Shown here: piece after piece, positions 11,101 through 18,468 of the stretch
Layout of the letters: each line of letters starts with the position of its first letter
Numbering within the stretch: position 1 is the stretch's first letter
Source: Candidatus Sumerlaeaceae bacterium
Lineage (GTDB): Bacteria > Sumerlaeota > Sumerlaeia > Sumerlaeales > Sumerlaeaceae
Assembly (NCBI GenBank): GCA_051003195.1
Contig: JBPCLP010000050.1
Coordinates: 1 to 41,551, forward strand
Direction: 5' to 3'
Length of the DNA stretch: 41,551 bases
Program-made: the position numbers and the translations under genes
The notes under the pieces: generated by a model
What the model was told of the DNA's origin: nothing
The model's input: the letters and a program-made list of their open reading frames with translations, nothing else
Databases searched by the model: none

Positions 11101-11463
11101 TCCCGCGCAGTTGTGGAGACAGATTTCAATGCCGGTGCGCTCAGCCTCCTTGAGCGCATGCAGCACCATTTCCTGCCATTTAGCGCTCATGTATCCCACG
11201 GGTCCTGCCGGGATATTCTGTGATACATGAAACATCTGCGCGCCACCAATGCCCACGTCCTTCATTGCATTAAGATCGGCGGTAATGCCTTCGCTGGTAA
11301 CGTTGCCGTCCATCCAGTGCCACCATGTATGTGGCTTTGCCGACGCAGGCGGATTACGAAACTGCGCAGCCAGCGTATCCTCCGCAGCCGGTACCGGCGC
11401 GGCTGTTCCGGACAGCATCAATGCAATGATCACGACGTGAAATGGCGCTACGCGTGCGGTCAC
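8134..11463 (-). CDS. GH106 alpha-L-rhamnosidase-like glycoside hydrolase
   Basis: F.NPP.SAKPHTWWHWMDGNVT.EGIT.DL, GWSSSGGPWITPE, IDSYE, GEFW, GAEAFT, VTNLWPNRLIGD and SGLLGPV motifs. It has a signal peptide and an AGGAG RBS before the GTG start. Confidence 0.92.
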   Translation of the reverse strand: MTARVAPFHVVIIALMLSGTAAPVPAAEDTLAAQFRNPPASAKPHTWWHWMDGNVTSEGITADLNAMKDVGIGGAQMFHVSQNIPAGPVGYMSAKWQEMVLHALKEAERTGIEICLHNCAGWSSSGGPWITPEHAMQVIAWSQKPVRGPAHVSEILPEPKPPQVHRAIPYYKDIAVLAYQVPPGGDAPMPPAQILGKTGVVREHGLQPDLSPTTASQVIARDSILVLTDKLTTSGHLTWDAPEGDWMILRIGYTPTGKNNHPAPPEGDGLEVDKLSREALDVHWNAMMGKIIAQAGPLAGKVLNNALIDSYEVGSQNWTPRFREEFQKRRGYDLLQYLPVITGRIVGSKEESERFLWDFRRTIADLFADNYFKYFGELCHQHGMLFSTEPYGNGGFDTLECGGLADIPMGEFWVHGAAIETTKLAASVAHTYGRKLVGAEAFTAEPNHGRWLIEPYGIKAMGDLAFCNGINRYIFHRYAHQPWMDFRPGMTMGPWGTHLERTVTWWKEAATWMQYVARCQYLLQEGTFVADLLYYYGESTPNDLPYRPNLNPAVPAGYDYDGCDATVLRERATVRDGRIVLSDGMSYSVLVLPDGGFMTPPVAKAIRELVRAGATVVGPKPRLSPSLTGYPQCDTEVRSVADEVWAGVDGAATKEHRFGKGRVIWGRALADVLAELKVPADFSFQGAAQGAKLACIHRRIKDADVYFVSNQRTVADQVECTFRVGGRVPELWHPDTGVTGQAMVYREQAGRTTLPLWLNPAESVFVVFRRAANEKHLENVALEGHPKVTTVTLPQLLVRKARYESMDGRGADVTTRVAEMVAAGEYEIPASNEVFGDSVPLVVKRLRIEYELDGKPIEKTADEGHVLTLVDRPRVPVQFPAFEVSADSEGVATLTAWKAGKYEVQRAGGTTQTVTVNEAADVVEVKGPWTVAFEPGMGAPPSVKLDALVSWPNHADNGVRYFSGTAHYETQFDLPAELVGKRRVVALDFGRVKNFATIRLNGTDLPVLWKEPFRMDVSKAVKSGRNQLEVKVTNLWPNRLIGDEQFEPDADWDGDRLKGWPEWLTQGKPRPSKRITFTTWRFYHKTSPLLESGLLGPVTVRSAGLVTLP

Positions 11464-11491
11464 AATGCGCTCCTGTGGCGGATAATGTCAG

Positions 11492-11517
11492 ACTCCTGAA
11501 AGACGTCTGTCAGGAGT
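11492..11517. promoter_or_regulatory. Candidate operator palindrome upstream of the GH106 gene
   Basis: ACTCCTGAAAGACGTCTGTCAGGAGT is a 26-bp palindrome with one mismatched pair, about 30 bp upstream of the start codon. Confidence 0.55.
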
Positions 11518-11699
11518 AAGTTAGCAGTCACGCCAAAAGAGTGGCGGATGCATTGTTCCAGGAGCACGAGGGAATTCGGGGGCGAAATTCCAGGGACGTT
11601 TGACCAATTAATTAATTAATTCGTTTGCGGCCAGCTATTGCCAAACCATCGTCACCTACGGAGGTCCGGGCGTGAATGGACGATCCGCTCCGGCCCGCT

Positions 11700-11933
11700 T
11701 TACTCGCCCCGAGCTGGTTTTGCAGAAGTCTTGCTGCGCGGCGTGCTTTTTTTCGCCCGAGCGGACCGTGGTGCTGCCGCCGGCTTGTTAGCTCTCATAT
11801 TAGTGTGCAAGGCGGCGGGACGCGCGGGCTTGCTCGCACACACGCGAACCGCATTGCCCCAGGCTTCAGGCTTTTGCGCGTCCTCAAGCAATACGTGCTC
11901 AATATCAGCGGTTGATTGTTTTTTTGAACTCAT
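11700..11933 (-). CDS. Small basic hypothetical protein
   Basis: ATG-initiated ORF, co-oriented with neighbours, with a Lys/Arg/Ala-rich tail. No recognised motif. Confidence 0.4.
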   Translation of the reverse strand: MSSKKQSTADIEHVLLEDAQKPEAWGNAVRVCASKPARPAALHTNMRANKPAAAPRSARAKKSTPRSKTSAKPARGE

Positions 11934-12011
11934 ACTAGCCACCCAGTAATTACTCTGATCAGACCTTTTTCTTTCTCAAGATCGGGCACAGATCCGCATA
12001 CTAAGTTCGTC

Positions 12012-12317
12012 TTAGTTTTGAATGCTCCATGATTCCGCTTCGCTAGACCGCGTAGCAACACTACCATGTTGGCACGTTATGATTTTGTTCAATGATGGGT
12101 CATAATTAAGCACCTCAAATACGAGCCAGACTTCAGCATCGTCTGGATTATCGTGACAGTCTAACCCACAATGAAACTGCCAGCCACTATCTTCTTCCGT
12201 TTCGGGCTCATCGCGGATCGCTCGTAATATGGGAAGTCGCTCGCGGGCCACATGTGTGCATAGAATTGCTGCCCGGCTGTCCTGCAGTTCCTCCTCTGCC
12301 TCATTAATAGTCATCAC
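12012..12317 (-). CDS. DUF2185/Imm33-like immunity-domain protein
   Basis: RDEPETEEDSGWQFHCG...EVLNYDPSL matches the DSGW-x-F / D-P-S pattern. A purine-rich RBS (GAGAGGA) lies upstream. Confidence 0.7.
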   Translation of the reverse strand: MMTINEAEEELQDSRAAILCTHVARERLPILRAIRDEPETEEDSGWQFHCGLDCHDNPDDAEVWLVFEVLNYDPSLNKIITCQHGSVATRSSEAESWSIQN

Positions 12318-12420
12318 TTTTTGTCCTCTCCTAACTGATCTTTTGCCGAAGTATCCATGACGTTAATAAAGTAATTAGCGAAACCGTCAACCGTCCACGA
12401 ATTTCAAAGCACTACAGAAT

Positions 12421-13143
12421 TCATGGCGTACACGACCCAAACGGAGACCATTCGGCGCAACCCAGCGCAAACTTTTGAACGTTAAAACTTCCATCCTCAT
12501 CCACCACCGCCTCCAAGTGCGAGTCGAGATTCAGGGCATGGTCAATCCCCTTTGGATTTGCAGACAAACACACCCGCAGCCGCAGCGGCAAACCAATCAT
12601 GCCCACCGCTTTCACATCCACGGAGAATCCCTCCGGATATGCCGACCCATTTTCAGCATTATGGGCCTTCGCAGCAGCGTACTGTTTCGGCGATGCCTTG
12701 CGCGTGCGCGCCAGGATCTCCTGCTGCGAAATCTTCAGCAGATCACGCTGCCACTGCACCTTGCCGTTCTTAAACCGCAAAAGCACATACGAATCCGGAA
12801 ACCATTTTCCCTCCACGTACCAGAGCAGAAGCGAGCTGTCCTCCGACCAACGCGGCGTCGCCATCGCATGATAATTCAGCGAGCGATCATAGGCCGTAAA
12901 ATCCTGTTTAATAACGCCAAGCACCCGGCTCGTCCCCAGGTCGATCACTCGATTCTGCGTATCGGTAGTAAGAGTCTTCTCGAAGAAAAAGTGGGGAACA
13001 CTCACGCCGTAACGTCCGTCCGGTGAAACCGTGTACTCTGGCACCGCATACTTCGGCACCTGCTCTGCACATGCGATACCCGCCGCAAACACCACCACCG
13101 CAGCAATCATACCTTTAACGCCCTGCTTGCATGCCAATCCCAT
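12421..13143 (-). CDS. Secreted hypothetical protein
   Basis: Signal-like MIAAVVVFAAGIACA followed by SPDGRYGV and WSEDS beta-strand motifs. Start uncertain (13143 or 13110). Confidence 0.65.
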   Translation of the reverse strand: MGLACKQGVKGMIAAVVVFAAGIACAEQVPKYAVPEYTVSPDGRYGVSVPHFFFEKTLTTDTQNRVIDLGTSRVLGVIKQDFTAYDRSLNYHAMATPRWSEDSSLLLWYVEGKWFPDSYVLLRFKNGKVQWQRDLLKISQQEILARTRKASPKQYAAAKAHNAENGSAYPEGFSVDVKAVGMIGLPLRLRVCLSANPKGIDHALNLDSHLEAVVDEDGSFNVQKFALGCAEWSPFGSCTP

Positions 13144-13235
13144 AACAGAGCAGATCCCGTACATCAGCCTTTCGATAACATGATAACGAATTGAATGCTC
13201 TTCTAAATTTGTTCGTACGCAGGTGCTCAATATCA

Positions 13236-13278
13236 AACCACAGAGACACAGAGGCACAGAGAAAAGCAGCACAGAGAG
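13236..13278. repeat. CACAGAG short interspersed repeat
   Basis: AACCACAGAGACACAGAGGCACAGAGAAAAGCAGCACAGAGAG contains four CACAGAG units in intergenic DNA. Confidence 0.75.
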
Positions 13279-13404
13279 TTAGTCATAAACGAAAAATATC
13301 CACTCGCGTGCGACGCGCATTTCAAGTGGCGAAATTGCCCAACTTGAACTTGAAAGCCAGGAAACGAGCCTGACGCAAACAAAGCTGTGCAGGCCACCAC
13401 GCCG

Positions 13405-15342
13405 CTACGATTCTTTGAGCTTACCTACGTGCTGTTCGATTCGTTTCACGTCGGTCGCGCCGTCGCGCAGCAGCTTTGGCCCGCCTTCGGCCACGGAGAC
13501 TATCGTCGTCATCGCGTCGCCAGGCAGCTCGCCCGTATCGACAACCACGTCGACAACCCCGGCGAGTTTCTTTGCCGCGTGTCTGGCGCCCTCGCCTTCT
13601 TCCAATCGAATGCTCGTTGCCGCCAGCGGCCTTCCCGCGGTGCTGAGAATTGCCAGCGACAGGTAATCGTTCGGTATGCGGAGACCCAGGGTCGGCTCAC
13701 TCGACAAATGTGCGAAGCGGTGCGGGTGCCGGTCGAACACGACGGTCAGCGGACCCGGCCACAGATCATCCAGCATCTTCATCACCGCGCCGGAAACGGT
13801 TTTCACAAGGTGCTTCAACTGCGTGGTGCTATGGATAAGTGCACCCAGGTGGCGCGAGGTGTCCGATTGGATGGTCGCGCGCAACCTCTGCACCGCCGCT
13901 TCGTTGGTCGCGTCTGCTACCAGCGCAAACATCGTATCCATGGGAAACGCGACAAGCCGCCCTTCCAACAGGGCATCGGCCACCGTTTCCACCACCTCGA
14001 GCTCTGGGTTTGCCGGGTCGCAGTGCACGATTTGCGGTTCGGGTTCTGGCTCGGGAGAAAATCCCTGCACCGTCGATGGCGCGCTCTCCGGCGCCTCCCC
14101 TTTGTCCAGGCGAGCCTGCACTTCCCGCGCCTGCTGCGGATCGATGCCGGTGGGCTCCGGCTCCTCGTGCTTTGGCTTGATCGACGCATACTCGTGCGCG
14201 GCGTCGGCCTTGCCGATCGCTTCGTCCAGTTGCGTGGCAAGCAGTCCCGTCTCCCACAGCGCGGAGGTAGCGCCACTGCTCGTGCGCAGCGCAATCGACT
14301 CCAGGAAATCCAGCGTCGTGAGACAGGGCCGCTGGCGTTCTCGCGCGATGCTGCGCGCGTTTTCCAGCACCGTCCACGTGGAGTCGGCCATGGAAAACAT
14401 ACCCTGCACCTCGGGCTCGTGCGGCGGCGGAAAGTGCGGCATCAGGTGGCCGGCCAGCGCTTCGAGGTTCACGCCAGAGCCGACGAGCAGTTGATGCGCA
14501 GCCGACCCGGGTGTATCGATAATCGCCGCCAGCAGATGCTCCGGCGCGACCTGCGGGTTGCGATACGCGGCAGCAATTTCTTTCGCGCTGCTGAGCACCT
14601 GGCGCAGTTGAACCGAGTAATCGAACGCTTTCGCGGCCTTTGCCTGTTTCGGCTTCTCGGTCTTGCTGACGATGCGCGGCTTCATCTCCTCGGTGGCCTG
14701 GAGCTCGACGTATTCAGGCGCTCCGGGCTTCATGTCCAATGTGACTTCGTGAACAAAGCCCTTCGGAAAGTCGAGAACACCGGGCTGGTTGGCGATCCGA
14801 TCCGACCGGCTCGCTGCTTTGGCGACCTCGCTGTTCCTGTATTGCTTCAGCCGGGTTTCAACGTAAGGATCCGCGATGGCGGCGACCCGGGCAATAGTGA
14901 ATGCAGCTTCGTGCAGCCGGCGCGCGTACAAAAGCGCAGCGGAGAGCTCGCGCATGCGCGGGATGAGACCCGTTTGCAGTTCGTCCGCGTTGGGTCCCAC
15001 CGCCTGGCAGAACAGCGGCAGATCGGTATCGACCGAGCTGGCCTTATGGACAATTTCCAAATCGCCGCTGACAAGAGCCCATAAAGCCACCCCGCCACTG
15101 CGACGTAATTGCCGCGCCCATTCATCAAAGCTTCCGATGCCGGTGGTGGGCATTACAAAAATACTGGAGCACACATGGAAGGACCTTAATAACTGCAGTG
15201 CGGGGAGTATTTCCGTCGCGGCCTCGCGCCTGGAACACACAATCCCGACGATCGATTTGGCGAGGTGGCGCGGCTCGGATTTGGGCGTGCCAAGTTGTGG
15301 CCGCGTAGGCGGCCGGGGAATTTCTTCAGGTTCCGAAGACAT
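13405..15342 (-). CDS. Fusion of a PurE-like domain, a Clp N-terminal repeat domain and a TsaC/Sua5(YrdC)-like domain
   Basis: The C-terminus has GRLVAFPMDTMFALVADATN.AAV, LWPGPLTVV, LGLRIP and RDGA. The middle has A..IA......VAPEHLLAAII (Clp-N). The N-terminus has IVGIV...DLPLF...AARVAAIADP-like ends (PurE-like). Confidence 0.8.
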   Translation of the reverse strand: MSSEPEEIPRPPTRPQLGTPKSEPRHLAKSIVGIVCSRREAATEILPALQLLRSFHVCSSIFVMPTTGIGSFDEWARQLRRSGGVALWALVSGDLEIVHKASSVDTDLPLFCQAVGPNADELQTGLIPRMRELSAALLYARRLHEAAFTIARVAAIADPYVETRLKQYRNSEVAKAASRSDRIANQPGVLDFPKGFVHEVTLDMKPGAPEYVELQATEEMKPRIVSKTEKPKQAKAAKAFDYSVQLRQVLSSAKEIAAAYRNPQVAPEHLLAAIIDTPGSAAHQLLVGSGVNLEALAGHLMPHFPPPHEPEVQGMFSMADSTWTVLENARSIARERQRPCLTTLDFLESIALRTSSGATSALWETGLLATQLDEAIGKADAAHEYASIKPKHEEPEPTGIDPQQAREVQARLDKGEAPESAPSTVQGFSPEPEPEPQIVHCDPANPELEVVETVADALLEGRLVAFPMDTMFALVADATNEAAVQRLRATIQSDTSRHLGALIHSTTQLKHLVKTVSGAVMKMLDDLWPGPLTVVFDRHPHRFAHLSSEPTLGLRIPNDYLSLAILSTAGRPLAATSIRLEEGEGARHAAKKLAGVVDVVVDTGELPGDAMTTIVSVAEGGPKLLRDGATDVKRIEQHVGKLKES

Positions 15343-15742
15343 ATAACTCTATAAGTGTAAGAAGCATGGCAGTAAAAGGGCCCCGCTTTTGTGCGTGTGA
15401 CATAATTGCACATTTGTTTGAAAAGTGGATCGAATTGGCACGAAAATTAATACTTGTAATTCAATTGTAAACCTGAATAAGGCGCGCAGCAGCCATGTTT
15501 CCTGCACCGAAACTGGGAACGTTCCGATGTCAAGTCGGACGTTTTTCAGGGCGGGAAATGCCGGTCTTAATCTACCAGCATCTCTCTCCACGATTTCCTG
15601 GAAAGGGAAACTAACGGGAAGAGCTTTATTGCCCGCGTTTGTAAACCGGCAGGGCCGCGCTGATTAACCCCTTTGGCCGCTGGTCGCCCCCTCAGTTTCA
15701 TTTCCTTCAAGGATTCGAACCGGAGGTCCGACCCCAAAGGAA

Positions 15743-15787
15743 AAGTGATATTTCACTTCTGCAAGCGACATGCCCATCCGATAAAAT
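15743..15787 (+). promoter_or_regulatory. Candidate sigma70 promoter for rpoD with an adjacent inverted repeat
   Basis: CTGCAA-N17-TAAAAT (15759-15787), immediately preceded by AAGTGA-TATT-TCACTT. Confidence 0.35.
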
Positions 15788-15857
15788 GCGAAGCAGTTTA
15801 TGCGATGACTCTCGAGCGTTGACCGATTACAGACAGACATAGGGGCTTAGCCACGCT

Positions 15858-17663
15858 ATGAAACGAGCGCCCGAATCTCGCCTGAATGATTTCGAACAGT
15901 TAATTGACAAGGGTAAGGAAAAGGGTCACCTTACTTACGCTGAGATTAACAAGTTCCTACCCGACGACGTCAGTTCGTCCGACATGGAAAGCCTGCTGGA
16001 CGAGCTCGAAGAGCTCGATATCGAGGTCTTTGACGACAAAGATATGGCTGCGCATGCAGCTAAAGGCGAGGAAGCCGACGAGGCTGAAGAGGAAGAAGCC
16101 CCCCCTGCCAAAGCCGAAGCTCCCGAGCGGGAGATGGATGAGCAGCCTGAGGACAACCAGGCTGACGCGGAAGGCACCAAGATCGACGACCCGGTTCGCC
16201 TTTACCTCATGGAGATGGGTAAGGTTCCGCTGCTCACCCGCGAAGAGGAAGTCACTCTTGCAAAGCAGATCGAAAAGGGCCGCCACGAAATTACGGCCGC
16301 CATCGCACGAGCCAGTGCCACCGCCGGCGAACTTAAGAAGATCTACACCCGCGTCGAATCCGGCGCCTTTAACCTTAACGACATCCTGCGTGCAAACGTG
16401 GATGAAAGCGATCCCGACGAGCGCAACCGCTACGTCCGTCACGTGCTCGACAATCTCGATATCGTACTTAATTTATATTCCGAGATACTCGACCGGCTGG
16501 ACCTTCTGGAAGACCCGTCCCTTTCCTCCAAAGAGCGCGGCACGATTCACAAGGAAATCGAAGAGCGCCGCGGCACCATCTACCAGCATCTTCTCAAGAT
16601 CGACCTGAACTTCACGATCATTGAGCAGGTGGCAGGACGCATCAAGGAAGTCGCACGGCGCATCGAGGAAGCGAACAACGAAATCCGCGACGTCATCCTG
16701 CGCACGATGCTCAGCGAAGAAGACCTTCGTCGCATCGTGAAGAAGACGCGCCGCAATTCACCCGAAGCCAAGGCACTCGAGAAGAAGTACGGCTACTCCA
16801 TCGACCAGTTCATCAAGATGGACAAGCGCGTCCGCAACGCCCAGCGCGTCGTCAAGCGCCTGGAGAAGGAAGCCGGCAATACCTACGACGAACTCGCGAT
16901 CATCTGTAAAGAAATCGTGCTCGGCGAGAAGGAAGCGCACAAGGCCAAGATGAAGGTCGTCGAAGCCAACTTGCGCCTCGTCGTCTCCATCGCCAAGAAG
17001 TACACCAACCGCGGACTGCAGTTCCTGGACCTCATCCAGGAGGGCAACATTGGCCTTATGCGCGCCGTGGATAAGTTTGAGTACCAGCGCGGCTACAAGT
17101 TCTCCACGTACGCAACGTGGTGGATTCGCCAGGCTGTCACCCGCGCCATCGCCGACCAGGCACGCACCATCCGCATCCCGGTCCACATGATCGAGACCAT
17201 CAACAAGCTGTCGCGCATCAGCCGTTACCTCGTGCAGGAGCTGGGCCGCGAACCTACACCTGACGAAATCGCGGTGAAGATGAGCCTGCCGGTGGACAAA
17301 ATCCGCCGCGTGTTCAAGATCGCGCAGCAGCCTATCTCGCTGGAAACGCCAATCGGCGAAGACGGCGACTCGACGTTCGGCGATTTCATCAACGATCCCG
17401 ATGCTCTCAACCCCGCGTCAGCAGCAGCCAATATCCTGCGCTGTCAGCGTATCGATGAAGTGCTGACCACACTGACGGACCGCGAAGAGAAGGTTCTCCG
17501 CCTGCGCTTCGGCATCGGCGGCAGCGACTTCCCCCGCACACTGGAGGAAGTCGGAACGATCTTCAACGTCACGCGCGAGCGCGTACGCCAGATCGAAACC
17601 AAGGCGCTGAACAAACTGCGGCATCCAAGTCGGCGCGCGAAGCTGCTGGAGTTCATGGAATAG
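15858..17663 (+). CDS. rpoD: RNA polymerase primary sigma factor RpoD (sigma70)
   Basis: Region 1.1 ([13 protein letters not shown]), region 1.2 ([20 protein letters not shown]), region 2 ([45 protein letters not shown]) and region 4 ([18 protein letters not shown]). Confidence 0.98.
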   Translation: MKRAPESRLNDFEQLIDKGKEKGHLTYAEINKFLPDDVSSSDMESLLDELEELDIEVFDDKDMAAHAAKGEEADEAEEEEAPPAKAEAPEREMDEQPEDNQADAEGTKIDDPVRLYLMEMGKVPLLTREEEVTLAKQIEKGRHEITAAIARASATAGELKKIYTRVESGAFNLNDILRANVDESDPDERNRYVRHVLDNLDIVLNLYSEILDRLDLLEDPSLSSKERGTIHKEIEERRGTIYQHLLKIDLNFTIIEQVAGRIKEVARRIEEANNEIRDVILRTMLSEEDLRRIVKKTRRNSPEAKALEKKYGYSIDQFIKMDKRVRNAQRVVKRLEKEAGNTYDELAIICKEIVLGEKEAHKAKMKVVEANLRLVVSIAKKYTNRGLQFLDLIQEGNIGLMRAVDKFEYQRGYKFSTYATWWIRQAVTRAIADQARTIRIPVHMIETINKLSRISRYLVQELGREPTPDEIAVKMSLPVDKIRRVFKIAQQPISLETPIGEDGDSTFGDFINDPDALNPASAAANILRCQRIDEVLTTLTDREEKVLRLRFGIGGSDFPRTLEEVGTIFNVTRERVRQIETKALNKLRHPSRRAKLLEFME

Positions 17664-17692
17664 AAAAGTAGAAGAGTAGAAAAGTAGAAGAG
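17661..17692 (+). repeat. 8-bp tandem repeat (TAGAA[A/G]AG)x4 beginning at the rpoD stop codon
   Basis: TAGAAAAG TAGAAGAG TAGAAAAG TAGAAGAG. Confidence 0.8.
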
Positions 17693-17703
17693 TGGGAAAT
17701 TAG

Positions 17704-17728
17704 AGGGCGGGAGAAATCCCGCCCTTTT
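17704..17728 (+). terminator. Rho-independent terminator of rpoD
   Basis: AGGGCGGGA-GAAA-TCCCGCCCT followed by TTT. Confidence 0.85.
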
Positions 17729-17769
17729 CATCGTCGGCTCGCCTACCTAGAAAAACTTAAACTTAAAGT

Positions 17770-18468
17770 TTAGGGGTCGTCCAGTTCGACGATGAGCGGC
17801 AGGTGGTCACTTGGTGCTTTGCCGCTCGGCCAAGCCGGTATGGCGACATTCCGTAGGCGATTCAGCCAAGCTTTCGGCATATAGCAATAGTCGATATGGT
17901 AGAAGTTCTTGTTCTGGTGGTGTCGGAAAGTGCTTCGCGTCTCATTCCCTGGTTTCTCACCGAAGAACTCATGGTAGGCGCTGACCAGCCCAACCTGTTC
18001 CAGCATTTTGTGAATCTCGGAGTGTGTAGGTTTGGCTTGGTGGTTCCAGATCGCATTACTGTTGAAGTCGCCGATGACGATTGTGTCGCGTTCCAGGAGA
18101 AAAGCGCGCAGGTCCTTTAATGCCAAAGCCGCGGACACAGTGTATGGGCTGTAATAGCCGGTGCCCTGAGGATGGGGCTTGGCCCAGACCGCCACCAGAT
18201 TGAAGGTGTCCTTACCAGTGACCCGGTACGGTACAAAGTAGTTCGACTGAATACACATCGCGGCAGGCTCCACATCAAAGCCAGCCCCAACTGCAACGCT
18301 GATACCACGCCGTTCACCGGGCGAGCAAGTGTGGTGCAACTTGCCTGTTTTGCATTGCAGGGGTGCTGGGCCGCATTCCTGCACAACCGCAACGTCAGGA
18401 AAGAAGTCCTCCACAAAGCCTGCTTTTTTAGCAAAGCCCCCGTTGCAGTTCCAGCTAACAATACGCAT
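17770..18468 (-). CDS. Endonuclease/exonuclease/phosphatase (EEP) family protein
   Basis: MRIVSWNCN, DVAVVQE, IVIGDFN, HIDY and SDHLPL give the full catalytic motif set. Confidence 0.93.
   Translation of the reverse strand: MRIVSWNCNGGFAKKAGFVEDFFPDVAVVQECGPAPLQCKTGKLHHTCSPGERRGISVAVGAGFDVEPAAMCIQSNYFVPYRVTGKDTFNLVAVWAKPHPQGTGYYSPYTVSAALALKDLRAFLLERDTIVIGDFNSNAIWNHQAKPTHSEIHKMLEQVGLVSAYHEFFGEKPGNETRSTFRHHQNKNFYHIDYCYMPKAWLNRLRNVAIPAWPSGKAPSDHLPLIVELDDP

Noticed and set aside
13144..13272. N-terminal extension MLLFSVPLCLCG of the 283-aa ORF
   Set aside because: It is a translation of the CACAGAG repeat; the signal peptide begins later.
13387..15084. 565-aa ORF on the + strand
   Set aside because: Antisense shadow of the TsaC-like fusion in GC-rich DNA, with no motifs.
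15436..15451. Sigma54 promoter-like TGGCACGAAAATTAAT
   Set aside because: The -12 GC dinucleotide is absent.
15705..15730. tRNA T-loop-like GGTTCGAATCC on the minus strand
   Set aside because: The flanks do not form a T stem or cloverleaf.
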